From positions 352,001 through 416,000 of the forward strand of contig OZ243961.1 in assembly GCA_965214605.1 (NCBI GenBank): a DNA stretch of 64,000 nt. Direction: 5' to 3'. The position numbers were made by a program, and so were the translations under genes. The stretch's first letter is position 1; each line of letters begins with the position of its first letter. Source of the DNA: an uncultured Candidatus Binatia bacterium. Its GTDB lineage: Bacteria; Desulfobacterota; Binatia; Bin18. The notes below the pieces were generated by a model. That model ran no database searches, was not told the origin of the DNA, and was given only the letters and a program-made list of their open reading frames with translations. This document shows, one piece after another, positions 32,179-41,906 of the stretch.

Positions 32179-32748
32179 ATGTCTAGCTCGAGCCAGCCTC
32201 GGCAAGGACTGAGGTTCGCACGGTTGCTGATGACTCTCAGCAGCCTGTCTCCCCTCTTCCTCCTCTGGGCGATACGCGGGACAACGCTTGTCCCGGACTC
32301 GTGGTTTGTTCCCGGATGTCTGGCGATGGCGTTCTTCCCGACATTGTTTCTTTGGATCAGAATCCTAGTCGCTAAGAAACAGAACGACCGACGGGAGCTT
32401 GTCGTCGGATCCGTAGACGATCATAGGGCACCTGTGTTGGTGTATCTCTTCGCGATTCTCTTGCCTTTCTACCGAGAGGAACTTGCGACATATCGGGATC
32501 TATCGGCAATGTTCCTCGCTTTGACGTTCATAGTATTTCTGTTTTATCATCTCAACTTGCATTATCTGAACGTCTTGTTTGCTCTCTTTGGATATCAAGC
32601 ATTCATGATATCGCCGCCAGTGGATGAGAACCCACGCACCGGTCGGGAACCGTTTGTCCTCCTCACCTATAGGCGGTATCTAGCTTCACCTGATCGACTC
32701 ACTGCTTATCGGATTAGCGACACCGTCTACCTGGAGTGCAAGACGTGA
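32179..32748 (+). CDS. kwaA: Kiwa-like membrane protein KwaA
   Basis: 189 aa, about 4 TM helices, SSLSPLF near the N-terminus, YLNVLFALFGY; coupled to the downstream gene. Confidence 0.7.
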   Translation: MSSSSQPRQGLRFARLLMTLSSLSPLFLLWAIRGTTLVPDSWFVPGCLAMAFFPTLFLWIRILVAKKQNDRRELVVGSVDDHRAPVLVYLFAILLPFYREELATYRDLSAMFLALTFIVFLFYHLNLHYLNVLFALFGYQAFMISPPVDENPRTGREPFVLLTYRRYLASPDRLTAYRISDTVYLECKT

Positions 32749-33647
32749 ATCTGGCGTTCGATCTGGAAAACATCCGAACGACCGAGTTCGGGATTAGCCG
32801 CAAAGAAGAAGGAGATGATCAATTCGTGCTAATTCCAGTGAATAGGTCCGTACAGACTGCCCTGCACGAAATGATTGAGACGACTTGGCATAACATGCAG
32901 CAGGTTCGCGACGAACTAAGCCAATACGACCCGTCCGAGAAACACGCGCCGACAGAGTACCTGTTCTTGGCGACTGATAATCCACAATGTCAACGGCTTG
33001 TAGAATTACACAATGCAGACCACCTTCCCGTTGACGCCGACGCGGTGAATGAGCCAGACCGGATTTCATCTTATTTTGTGCGTTTGACTGATAATGGGGG
33101 ACATCATCTCACCGCCATGCGGCGGGCAATACAATTCAAAGGCGACCTCAAAAGGAAATGGGTACATCTTTTAGATGACACATTGCAGATTCTAGAGAGG
33201 CGTGTTTTTCGTCTGGATAATGACTTCGATTTGATCATCGACACCGATCACGTGCATATCTGGAGGCCAGCCGCATTCGAGTTCATCGGCCATTTAAAGC
33301 AAGCGGTCCTCGATGCGGTCCCGGCCAATGTGGAGGCGGTGAGTGGAGAGTTGCCTTTTGTCAAATTTGACGTAATCCAAGCATATGCTACTGAACACTT
33401 ACGGGCTGCACGATATCTTGCTTCAATCCGAACGCAGGACTTGACCGGCATTAGTTGCGCCACCCTCAAAGCATTGTGCCAAAAGACGAATGTCGAAATT
33501 TCGGAGATCAACGGTCAGATCAGTGTAGAGGAAAGGAATGTGATGGGTTTTCTTGAAGTTCTGGATCGTCGAAGGTACGAGATAGAGTTGGTGCCTGATT
33601 TCCCGGAGCGGTTTAGAGCGGCCAGTCGGCGAAGAATCGACACATGA
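32745..33647 (+). CDS. kwaB: Kiwa-like effector KwaB (DUF4868)
   Basis: About 300-aa soluble protein with FRLDNDFDLII...AFE and FLEVLDRRRY; GTGA overlap with kwaA and GGAG RBS. Confidence 0.72.
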   Translation: MNLAFDLENIRTTEFGISRKEEGDDQFVLIPVNRSVQTALHEMIETTWHNMQQVRDELSQYDPSEKHAPTEYLFLATDNPQCQRLVELHNADHLPVDADAVNEPDRISSYFVRLTDNGGHHLTAMRRAIQFKGDLKRKWVHLLDDTLQILERRVFRLDNDFDLIIDTDHVHIWRPAAFEFIGHLKQAVLDAVPANVEAVSGELPFVKFDVIQAYATEHLRAARYLASIRTQDLTGISCATLKALCQKTNVEISEINGQISVEERNVMGFLEVLDRRRYEIELVPDFPERFRAASRRRIDT

Positions 33648-33761
33648 CTTGTGGTTTGTTGACCTTGCGGCGTTCTGTCAGTCAGAAGGTCGCGTTAATT
33701 TTGTCGACAGACGTCTTCTTGTGATCTTTATCATCCTCAACCCTTTGGTAAAGCTATAAGC

Positions 33762-35283
33762 GTGAGCGGGCTTTCAGAATTGGTCGTCGAGAAGGCTGCT
33801 CTCGGATGGCTTGAGCAGCTGGGCTGGAGCGTCGCCCATGGCGCCGATATCGCCCCTGAAACGCCGGATGCCGAGCGCACCGATTACGGTGCGGTTGTTC
33901 TAGAACGACGGCTCCGCGACGCGCTGGCCCGGCTCAACCCTGCCCTTCCCGATTCGGCACTTGATGACGCCTTCCGCAAGCTGAACCGGCCGATGGGGCG
34001 ACGCTGGAAGCCCGCAACGGCACCGTACACCGGCTGCTGGTGAACGGCGCAACGGTCGAATACCGCGTGGCCGACGGCGCAATCCGGGGCGCCCAGGCGA
34101 AGATCGTCGACTTCGACGATCCTGACAACAACGACTGGCTGGCCGTGAACCAGTTCACCGTCGTCGAGAACAAGCGTGAGCGACGTCCGGACGTGGTGCT
34201 CGCAACATCGTGGTGATCGCCAACGAGGCGCACCGCAGCCAATACGACTTCATCGACGGCTTTGCCCGCCACCTGCGCGACGCGCTACCCAACGCGTCGT
34301 TCGTCGGCTTCACAGGAACGCCGATCGAACTCCAGGACGCCAACACCCGCGCCGTGTTCGGCGACGACATCAGCATCTACGACATCCAGCGCGCCGTGGA
34401 GGACGGCGCGACGGTGTCGATCTACTACGGGAGCCGCCTCGCCAGGCTGGCGCTCGACGAAGGCGAGAAACCCAACATCGACTCCGGGTTCGAGGAGGCG
34501 ACCGAGGGCGAGGAGCTCGACCGCAAGGAGAAGCTCAAGACCAAGTGGGCGCAGCTCGAAGCCGTCGTCGGCGCGGAGAAGCGCGTCGCCCTCGTCGCCG
34601 AGGATATCGTCGATCATTTCGAGCGCCGTCTGGAGGCCATGGACGGCAAGGCGATGGTCGTGTGCATGAGCCGGCGCATCTGCATCGACCTCTATCGCGC
34701 GCTGGTCCGTCTGCGGCCCGATTGGGAGCACACGGATGAAGATACGGGGCAGATCAAGGTCTGATGACGGGTTCGGCCTCCGATCCGCCGGACTGGCAGC
34801 GCCATATCAGCAGCAAGTCCCGTCGGGAAGCGCTGGCCGACGGGTTCCGCGATCCCGACGATCCGTTCCGCATCGTGCTGGTACGCGACATGTGGCTGAC
34901 CGGTTTCGACGCGCCCAGCCTGCACACCATGTATGTCGACAAGCCGATGCGGGGCCACGGGCTGATGCAGGCGATCGCGCACGTCAACCGTGTCTTCCGG
35001 GATAAGCCCGGCGGGCTGGTAGTCGATTATCTCGGGCTCGCGCACGAGCTCAAGCAGGCGCTCGCGACCTACACCGAGAACGGCGGCAGGGGCCGGACGG
35101 CGCTCGACCAGGCGGAAGCCGTGGCGGTGATGCTGGAGAAGTACGAGATCTGCCGCGGCCTGTTCCACGGGTTCGACTGGTCGGCGTGGGTCTCCGGGAC
35201 TGCGGCCGAGCGGCTGACGTTGCTGCCCGCCGCGCAAGAGCACGTCCTCGCGCAGGAAAACGGCAAGGAGCGCTGCCTGCCGA
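33762..35283 (+). pseudogene. hsdR: Type I restriction endonuclease subunit R, frameshifted, internally deleted and 3'-truncated
   Basis: ESVVE-like start, [11 protein letters not shown]...RPDVVL joined to [39 protein letters not shown]; frameshifts at ~33990 and ~34762. Confidence 0.92.
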
Positions 35284-35340
35284 GACCCTTCTTCACCACC
35301 AGCGTCAGGAGCTTCAGCGAAGCGCCACGCTCCCACTGGC

Positions 35341-35565
35341 TCACCAGACTGTGGTCGCGTTGAGGTAGTGCGCGAACACCGCCTGACTCGCATTCCCGCG
35401 CAGCCGGATCTCGCATATCTTCTCCAGCGCCAAGTCCTCGACCGGAGTCAGGCACATCTCGTCGAACGCCTTCATCGTCCGCTTCGACATGACTCCCGCC
35501 TCGGTCATGCCGAGGGCGGTCTCGTGTACCGACGCTAGCACCCCGCTCCCGTATTGCCTAGCCAT
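35341..35565 (-). pseudogene. XRE/HigA-like antitoxin, 3'-truncated
   Basis: SVHETA...TMKAFDEMCL...IR...[11 protein letters not shown], ending before the recognition helix is complete. Confidence 0.75.
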
Positions 35566-35882
35566 CGCAGCTCACCTCGCTGATCGTCCCATTCGCCAGC
35601 ATCGCTTCCAGGCGGAGGCCGTCCAGCCCGAGCATTGCGTCCGCCGGCACCCGCAACGCCCTGAGCTCGCGGCGCCGGAGGTTCTCCCGATCGCTCTTCG
35701 CGAATCCGTGGACGAAGAACGCGCGCTTCCCCGGCAACACCACGATCACGCGGAATCCGCCCGCCCGGCCCTGTCCGCGCCGGGCGATGCGCTGCTTGAT
35801 GACGCCGCCGCCCAGGTCGGTGTCGACCAGGCCCCTCGCGGCGCGCTCCGCCGCATCGCACAGCGCTTCGTCCGCAATTCCC
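35558..35882 (-). pseudogene. RelE/ParE (HigB-like) toxin, 5'-truncated
   Basis: GLVDTDLGGGVIKQRIARRGQGRAGGFRVI...FFVHGFAKSDRENL; in-frame stop upstream and no start codon. Confidence 0.8.
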
Positions 35883-35989
35883 TAGTCTACGCCCGTCTTC
35901 AGGCGAACTGTATGGGCGGCGATAAATTGGGAACTCTCGCTTTCATGATGCACCCGTAACGAGCAATATGGAGCGCTCAGAGAAGCCTC

Positions 35990-36763
35990 TCAGCCGAGAG
36001 TCGTGGAATAGATTAATCGACCAGCCGTCACCGCTGCGCCTATATACAACACTGCCATAAAAGGCCGCTCTGGAATATGTGTATGCAGCCAGACGCCGAG
36101 CACCGTGCCGATTGGCAGACACGGTAAAAAACTCAGCGATTGGACCAGGCTTGCCGTGGTGATGAGGCCGAGTCCAACATAGGTGGCGAGCTTGGCTAGA
36201 TTGATCCAAAAAAAGACAAATAAATTGGTCGCCACGACTTGGTGCTTGTCCAAGCGCTGATCGAGTAAATACAAGCTCACGAGCGGGCCGGCCGCGTGGG
36301 CGAAGGTCGAGACAAAAGCCGCTAGCAGCCCGACTGATCCGCCAATAAGGGGGTGCTCGGAAAAACGGGGGACAGTGCCGCCCAGCAGACGATAGACCTG
36401 AAGCGTGACAAAGCCCAGACAGATCCCGCCAACGGTCAGGTTGAGAAGAGGAATAAAATTGGTGCTGTGCTGGAGAGAGGTCAACAGGACCGCCCCCAGA
36501 CAGAATCCACAGGCCGAGCCCATTCCCAACCGACGGACGTGGGCGCGCGACTGCTTGCCCCAATGATGAGCGATGCTGATGATGTCGCCGGCGATGAGGA
36601 GAGGCAACAGCACGCCAAGGACGGTATCAATGGGCAGCACCAGGGCTAAGAGTGGTACAGCGACAATCCCGACCCCACCGCCAAAGCCGGCTTTACCAAT
36701 ACCGATGATGAGCGTAGCCACCGCTCCGACAGCGTAATACAACCAAGGGACAAGATCAGGCAA
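35990..36763 (-). CDS. TauE/SafE (TSUP) family membrane exporter
   Basis: GIGKAGFGGG, LLPLLIAGD, AHAAGP; about 8 TMs. Confidence 0.85.
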   Translation of the reverse strand: MPDLVPWLYYAVGAVATLIIGIGKAGFGGGVGIVAVPLLALVLPIDTVLGVLLPLLIAGDIISIAHHWGKQSRAHVRRLGMGSACGFCLGAVLLTSLQHSTNFIPLLNLTVGGICLGFVTLQVYRLLGGTVPRFSEHPLIGGSVGLLAAFVSTFAHAAGPLVSLYLLDQRLDKHQVVATNLFVFFWINLAKLATYVGLGLITTASLVQSLSFLPCLPIGTVLGVWLHTHIPERPFMAVLYIGAAVTAGRLIYSTTLG

Positions 36764-36870
36764 TGGAGTTGATCCCAGCTCTTGGGCCAGGAAGAGAGGA
36801 TCAATCCTATTGCAGGTGTTAAGCAGTATGGCTTACTCCCACGCTGGAGTGTTGAGACTGAGATGGCGTC

Positions 36871-38184
36871 TCAGCCCAAGAACCAACGCACCGCCACAAC
36901 AGCCCCGATAATACCGGCGAGATCGGCAAGTAATCCAGCGGTCAGGGCGTGACGCACGCGTGTGATGCCAACAGCACCAAAGTAGACGGCCAAGACATAA
37001 AAAGTCGTCTCCGTACTACCCTGGAGCGTAGACACCAGATACCCGATCAGACTGTCCGGCCCCTCGGCCTGCATGATTTCGGCCATAACACCGTAGGCTC
37101 CAGAGCCTGACAGCGGGCGAAGCAAAGCCATCGGCAGAGCTTCGGCCGGAAAGCCGCATAGACTGAGCACTGGGCCAATGACGGCAATAATACCAGCCAG
37201 CAGGCCGGACGCCCGAAACATCCCGGCCGCAACAATAATAGCGACTAAAAACGGGATAATCCTGAGCGCTACCTGAAAGCCCTCTTTTGCTCCTGCGATC
37301 ATCGCGTCATACACGGCAACCCGTTTAGCCAGGCCGTACACCAGCATCAAGACGATGAGAACCGGCAATAACCAGGTGGAGGCGGCGTCCCGCAACACCT
37401 CTCCAACCGACAGTTCGGCCACCAGACCCGCCCGTAGATGCAAAGCAAAACCAAAGCCCAGGGCGGCCAGCGTAACGCCCGCCGCCATGCAGCCCGGCCG
37501 AGACGTTGGCCGATCCGTGCCAAGCGTCTTTTGGTCCGGCAGACGTATATCTTGGTCTTCTTGAGCCCGCCGGGACACCGCACTCTCGGACGGATCTGTC
37601 CCCAGTCCGATTGGCACGGCCCGCTGTAAGAGTTTTGCGGCCGTAATCCCGACTAGGGTCGAGAGTGAGGTGGCAAACAGGGTGGGCAGCCAGATGCCCG
37701 CCGCATCGGTCGAACCTAGCGAGGCACGCAGAGCGATCACACCCAACGGAGCAAGAGCAAGGCTTGAGGTATTAATCGCCAAAAAAAGGGCCATGGCGTT
37801 GGTGGCCACTCCCGACTGTGGATTGAGCCGATCCAGCTCCTGCATAGCCTTAATGCCGAATGGTGTGGCTGCATTGCCCAACCCAAGCATATTCGCGGCC
37901 ATGTTCATAATCATCGCGCTCATGGCTGGGTGATCTGCCGGCACCTCAGGAAACAGACGAACCATCAGCGGTCGCAACACACGGGCGAGTGTATGCAGGA
38001 GTCCGCCCTCCTGGACAATCCGCATCAGGCCCAGCCAAAAGGCCATCACCCCGACTAGGCCCAGCGCCAGGCTCACGGCCGACTTGGCGGAGTCTATCGA
38101 GGCTGTGGTAACGGCCGCCATCGTGCCGTTAAAGGCGGCTGCGACAACAGAGCCGACAACAAGTCCGAGCCAGATCCAGTTCAT
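36871..38184 (-). CDS. SpmA/SpmB fusion (nucleoside-recognition Gate domain membrane protein)
   Basis: ANMLGLGNAATPFGIKAMQEL, LRPLSGSGA, GSTETTFYVLAVYFG. Confidence 0.9.
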   Translation of the reverse strand: MNWIWLGLVVGSVVAAAFNGTMAAVTTASIDSAKSAVSLALGLVGVMAFWLGLMRIVQEGGLLHTLARVLRPLMVRLFPEVPADHPAMSAMIMNMAANMLGLGNAATPFGIKAMQELDRLNPQSGVATNAMALFLAINTSSLALAPLGVIALRASLGSTDAAGIWLPTLFATSLSTLVGITAAKLLQRAVPIGLGTDPSESAVSRRAQEDQDIRLPDQKTLGTDRPTSRPGCMAAGVTLAALGFGFALHLRAGLVAELSVGEVLRDAASTWLLPVLIVLMLVYGLAKRVAVYDAMIAGAKEGFQVALRIIPFLVAIIVAAGMFRASGLLAGIIAVIGPVLSLCGFPAEALPMALLRPLSGSGAYGVMAEIMQAEGPDSLIGYLVSTLQGSTETTFYVLAVYFGAVGITRVRHALTAGLLADLAGIIGAVVAVRWFLG

Positions 38185-38243
38185 ATACCGCTCACTCTCT
38201 CGTGTTTGAGCTGTGTGTCAGACAGGCTAGAATAGAGCGTATT

Positions 38244-38513
38244 ATGAAAAAGACGACATGGATAGCGGTAGGAGTACTAACCGCCCTTATAGCTCTGGTC
38301 GTGTATTCGAGCTTTCAGGTTGGAGGCTATCGGTGTGAAGTGTGTGTGCAATTTCGGGGGGCGCAAGACTGTCGGACCGTCGATGGGGCGACCGAAATAG
38401 AAGCGCTCAGAGCAGCGATCACAAACGCCTGCGCCCTGCTGGCTTCAGGAGTGACTGACTCGCTGGCCTGCGAGCGGACTCGCCCCACAAAGGCGATGTG
38501 CGCCGCATTCTGA
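38244..38513 (+). CDS. Small membrane-anchored Cys-rich hypothetical protein
   Basis: N-terminal TM followed by CEVC and four more Cys. Confidence 0.6.
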   Translation: MKKTTWIAVGVLTALIALVVYSSFQVGGYRCEVCVQFRGAQDCRTVDGATEIEALRAAITNACALLASGVTDSLACERTRPTKAMCAAF

Positions 38514-38581
38514 AGAAAAAAATGTGGCCTACACTGTTTCGAGAAACGCTTCGTCCCAATGAGGGTTCGGTCAAGGCAGGC

Positions 38582-40021
38582 TCAGAAGCCCGTCGGGCGC
38601 GGACAGCCGCCGGTCAGCCTCAGCACATGGCGGGCGAGGTCTAAGCTTGTCCGATCCTCCAGATAAGGACCAACGACTTGGATACCAACCGGCAAGCCGT
38701 TGTTCAAGCACCCGACCGGGACAACCGTTACGGGCAGATAACAGGCACCGGCCGGCGCCATCCAGGTGATGAGATCCCAGTACGGATATTCTTGACCGCC
38801 GACCTCGGCGGTTCGTCCGGCTTGGGGCTCGGAATGATCATGAGGAATGGCCGCACACGGCATCACCGGCAGTAAGATGGCATCCCAGTTTTGAAAGAAC
38901 TCTTCCCAGCGCTTGCGCATCTGTAGGCGGCGCTCATTATAACTCAACCACTCCCGGTGGCGCATGGCCATAAAACGCCGGGTGCGGTCAACGCTCGTGT
39001 TGCCGGACGCGGACGCATACAACTCGATTTTATCGCGGGCGACTCCGCCCGAGAGCGCGACTTGTAACAGCGCCTGAAATGTGGTGGCTATTTTTTCCAA
39101 GGAGAAGTCAGGCCGCGCCTCCGGGTCAAGGCGGACCCCCTCGTCGGATAGCCGACGGGCAGCAGATTCGAGCAAGGCCTTGACCTCCGGCTCAACCCGG
39201 CAGCGAGCATCGTCCAACCAGACCGCAACCCGGTAGTCTTGGAGTCGCTGACGGCGGGCTGGTGGCAACTCGAGCCTCCAGGCAGGCTGCTCCCAGCGAT
39301 TCGGCCCAGCCATGAGGGCAAGCCCGAGTTCCAGGTCTTCAACACTCCGAGCCATAGGACCGACAACGGCCAGATCGGCTAAAGTCAGCGTTCCGGGAGG
39401 CCCAGGAATCTGTCCGTGGGCGGGCACGATACCATAGCTCGGCTTGTGTCCGACCACCCCTGACATATGCGACGGCAAGCGGATCGACCCCCCAATGTCA
39501 CTGCCCAACTCTAGGGGCGTAAAACCGCAGGCCAGGGCTGCAGCAGAGCCACCCGATGAGCCGCCCGGGGTCCGTTTCAGGTCGTAGGGATTGTTGGTCG
39601 TGCCAAAGACCTCGTTATAGCTCTGCAGATCTCCGGCGTAGATCGGTAGATTCGTCTTGCCGAAAATGACGGCCCCGGCCTCGCGTAGCCGGGCGACGGC
39701 CCAGGCGTCTTCTTCGGGCACGAAGTCTGACAACTCAGGAGCCCCCGAGGTGGTACGCATCCCTGCCGTCTGAAAGGAGTCTTTGACCGTCATGGGAACG
39801 CCGTGCAAGGGACCAGACAGCTCACCACGGGCCAAGGCCGCGTCAGCCGCTTCGGCTTCCGATCGGGCGCGCTCAGCATCAATCGTCACCACACTGTTGA
39901 TCGGCTTATCGAGCGTGCTCACCCGCTCTAAGAGAGCGTCAAGCACCTCCCGACTCGATACCTCTCGCTGGCGAATTTTTTGCGCGATTTCAAGTGCGGT
40001 CGCATAAGCAAATTCAGACAT
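38582..40021 (-). CDS. Amidase (amidase signature family)
   Basis: LHGVPMTVKD, TPGGSSGGSAAA, GSDIGGSIRLP. Confidence 0.94.
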   Translation of the reverse strand: MSEFAYATALEIAQKIRQREVSSREVLDALLERVSTLDKPINSVVTIDAERARSEAEAADAALARGELSGPLHGVPMTVKDSFQTAGMRTTSGAPELSDFVPEEDAWAVARLREAGAVIFGKTNLPIYAGDLQSYNEVFGTTNNPYDLKRTPGGSSGGSAAALACGFTPLELGSDIGGSIRLPSHMSGVVGHKPSYGIVPAHGQIPGPPGTLTLADLAVVGPMARSVEDLELGLALMAGPNRWEQPAWRLELPPARRQRLQDYRVAVWLDDARCRVEPEVKALLESAARRLSDEGVRLDPEARPDFSLEKIATTFQALLQVALSGGVARDKIELYASASGNTSVDRTRRFMAMRHREWLSYNERRLQMRKRWEEFFQNWDAILLPVMPCAAIPHDHSEPQAGRTAEVGGQEYPYWDLITWMAPAGACYLPVTVVPVGCLNNGLPVGIQVVGPYLEDRTSLDLARHVLRLTGGCPRPTGF

Positions 40022-40094
40022 ACAGTACTCCTCCGTACCAAGGCTCAAGTCGACACAGCCGCCTCAACCGTTCCTCGCCATGGAGCGCTAGGTT

Positions 40095-40430
40095 CTAACG
40101 CTGCTGGCGGGCTGCCATATTACACTCGACCTGACAACCGGTCAGATCGCCCCGGGCGTCGTTCCTACAGGCTAGCACTGGGCTGTCAAAGGCTGTGGGA
40201 TCGACTTTCTCTTCCTCTGACAACTGGGCGACGCAGTCTTCTTCTTGTTTTGCGGCAGTCTGTTCGCACCCTTCCAAACACTCTTCAAGAGTTTGTCCTG
40301 ATTGGGCGTTATCCTCTTTCGTTGCCTCCTTAGCCGCTTCCTCCAAGTCTCCTGGACAGGCGGCCAGGCATAACACGGCTCCTAACATCACTCCCATTGA
40401 AATAGCCCTGCCAAGTCTGCCAACTCGCAT
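40095..40430 (-). CDS. Cys-rich putative lipoprotein
   Basis: Signal peptide with LAAC lipobox; six further Cys including two CxxxC; GGAGAG RBS. Confidence 0.6.
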   Translation of the reverse strand: MRVGRLGRAISMGVMLGAVLCLAACPGDLEEAAKEATKEDNAQSGQTLEECLEGCEQTAAKQEEDCVAQLSEEEKVDPTAFDSPVLACRNDARGDLTGCQVECNMAARQQR

Positions 40431-40874
40431 ATCTCTCTCCTCTGCTAAACTCGCCCCTTGCTATCTGCTGGGCGGCGGCAGAATTATATGCCAGACAGAC
40501 ATACCTGGCTAGTTGGGTCACGGCGACGGCTCGCGGCCTGGGAAGCAGCTGTCTGAGAATCGCGCCAAGGAGTTGGACAATCAGCCGTTCTCGCAGGGGA
40601 TTGATCCGGTCGTGGACTTCGGGGGCCGGCTTCCCGAAGTCCACGGGCCGGCTGTCACCCTAAGCCCATCAACAGATCAGACGGTGGAGAGAGGCCCGGA
40701 TCTTTTCGTGACCAGGGCGCGGGTCGTGAGTTTCGATATGAGGGCGTCTCTTCCCCCTGGGAGCTGCCCGGGCAGCTCCCGGTCACAAGCCGGGGCGGGG
40801 ACTCAGTATGCCAAGCCGTGATCATATGCTACACACGGGTTAAACGGCGTCCGCCAAAAGCGGCGAAGGAGAAC

Positions 40875-41834
40875 ATGATGAAAGAACGGAATTTTCAAAT
40901 GATTGCGACCAACGGGATTCGACTGCAGACCGTTGTCGAGGGCAGGGGCCCACTGGTGATTCTGCTCCACGGCTTTCCGCAGTGCTGGTATTTGTGGCGG
41001 CATCAGATCGATCCGCTGGTTGAGGCTGGCTTCCAGGTCGCCGTACCCGACCAGCGCGGCTATGGTGGCAGCGACCGGCCCGAAGCGATCGAAGCTTATA
41101 ATATTCTTGAGCTGACCAACGATGTCGTCGGTCTGGCCGATGCCTTGGGGCATGAGCGGTTTGTGGTGGTCGGGCACGACTGGGGCGCTCCGGTGGCCTG
41201 GCACACCGCCCTGCTCCACCCAGAGCGGGTACGGGCCGTAGTGGGCATGAGCGTCCCCTATATCCGGGGGCAGGCCGGTGTGATGACCCGCCAGGAAAAC
41301 TTCGGCGATAACTTCTGGTATATCGTCTATTTTCAGCAGCCGGGGGTGGCGGAGACAGAGTTGGAGGCCGATATCCGGAAATCGCTGCGTATCACCTATT
41401 ATGTGGCCTCTGGAGACGCGCCTGACGGGGTGTGGTTTACCCAGAAGCCAGCCAGTGCCGGCTTTCTCGACGGTCTGCCCGATCCCGATCCCCTGCCAGC
41501 TTGGCTGACGACCGAAGACCTCGATTATTACGAAGCCCAGTACAAGATGAGCGGCTTTCGTGGACCGATCAACTGGTATCGGAATATTGATCGTAATTTT
41601 GAAATCACTCCGCAATTGGCCGAGGCCAAAGTTGAGCCACCGGCGTTTTTCCTTGCCGGCAAAAAAGACCTGGTGCTGTCCTTTGCCGGCGGCGGCATGC
41701 TGGAGATGATGGACAGCTTTGTCTCCGACCTGCGTGGCAAGGTTCTCATAGATGGAGCTGGGCACTGGGTCCAGATGGAGAAACCGGCCGAGGTCAACGC
41801 CGCCCTCCTCGGCTTTTTGCGACCCTTTGTCTGA
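40875..41834 (+). CDS. Epoxide hydrolase (alpha/beta fold)
   Basis: LHGFP, DQRGYG, GHDWGA, NWYRN, GHWVQ. Confidence 0.92.
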   Translation: MMKERNFQMIATNGIRLQTVVEGRGPLVILLHGFPQCWYLWRHQIDPLVEAGFQVAVPDQRGYGGSDRPEAIEAYNILELTNDVVGLADALGHERFVVVGHDWGAPVAWHTALLHPERVRAVVGMSVPYIRGQAGVMTRQENFGDNFWYIVYFQQPGVAETELEADIRKSLRITYYVASGDAPDGVWFTQKPASAGFLDGLPDPDPLPAWLTTEDLDYYEAQYKMSGFRGPINWYRNIDRNFEITPQLAEAKVEPPAFFLAGKKDLVLSFAGGGMLEMMDSFVSDLRGKVLIDGAGHWVQMEKPAEVNAALLGFLRPFV

Positions 41835-41906
41835 ATATTGTTGTCTGAGTATTGAAAGACGCAAAAAAACTTCTTACTCTTAGCCAGATCAAAAGGAGGC
41901 GATGTT

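Larger units (their letters stand above)
27907..35885. mobile_element. Decayed genomic/defence island
   Basis: Integrase remnant, type I R-M pseudogenes, HEPN-MNT, Kiwa-like pair, RelE-HTH toxin-antitoxin; bounded by the ilvD duplicate and a 5'-truncated toxin gene; boundaries approximate. Confidence 0.7.

Noticed and set aside
40478-40493. Second sigma54-like promoter on the minus strand
   Set aside because: GG to GC spacing is off by one base
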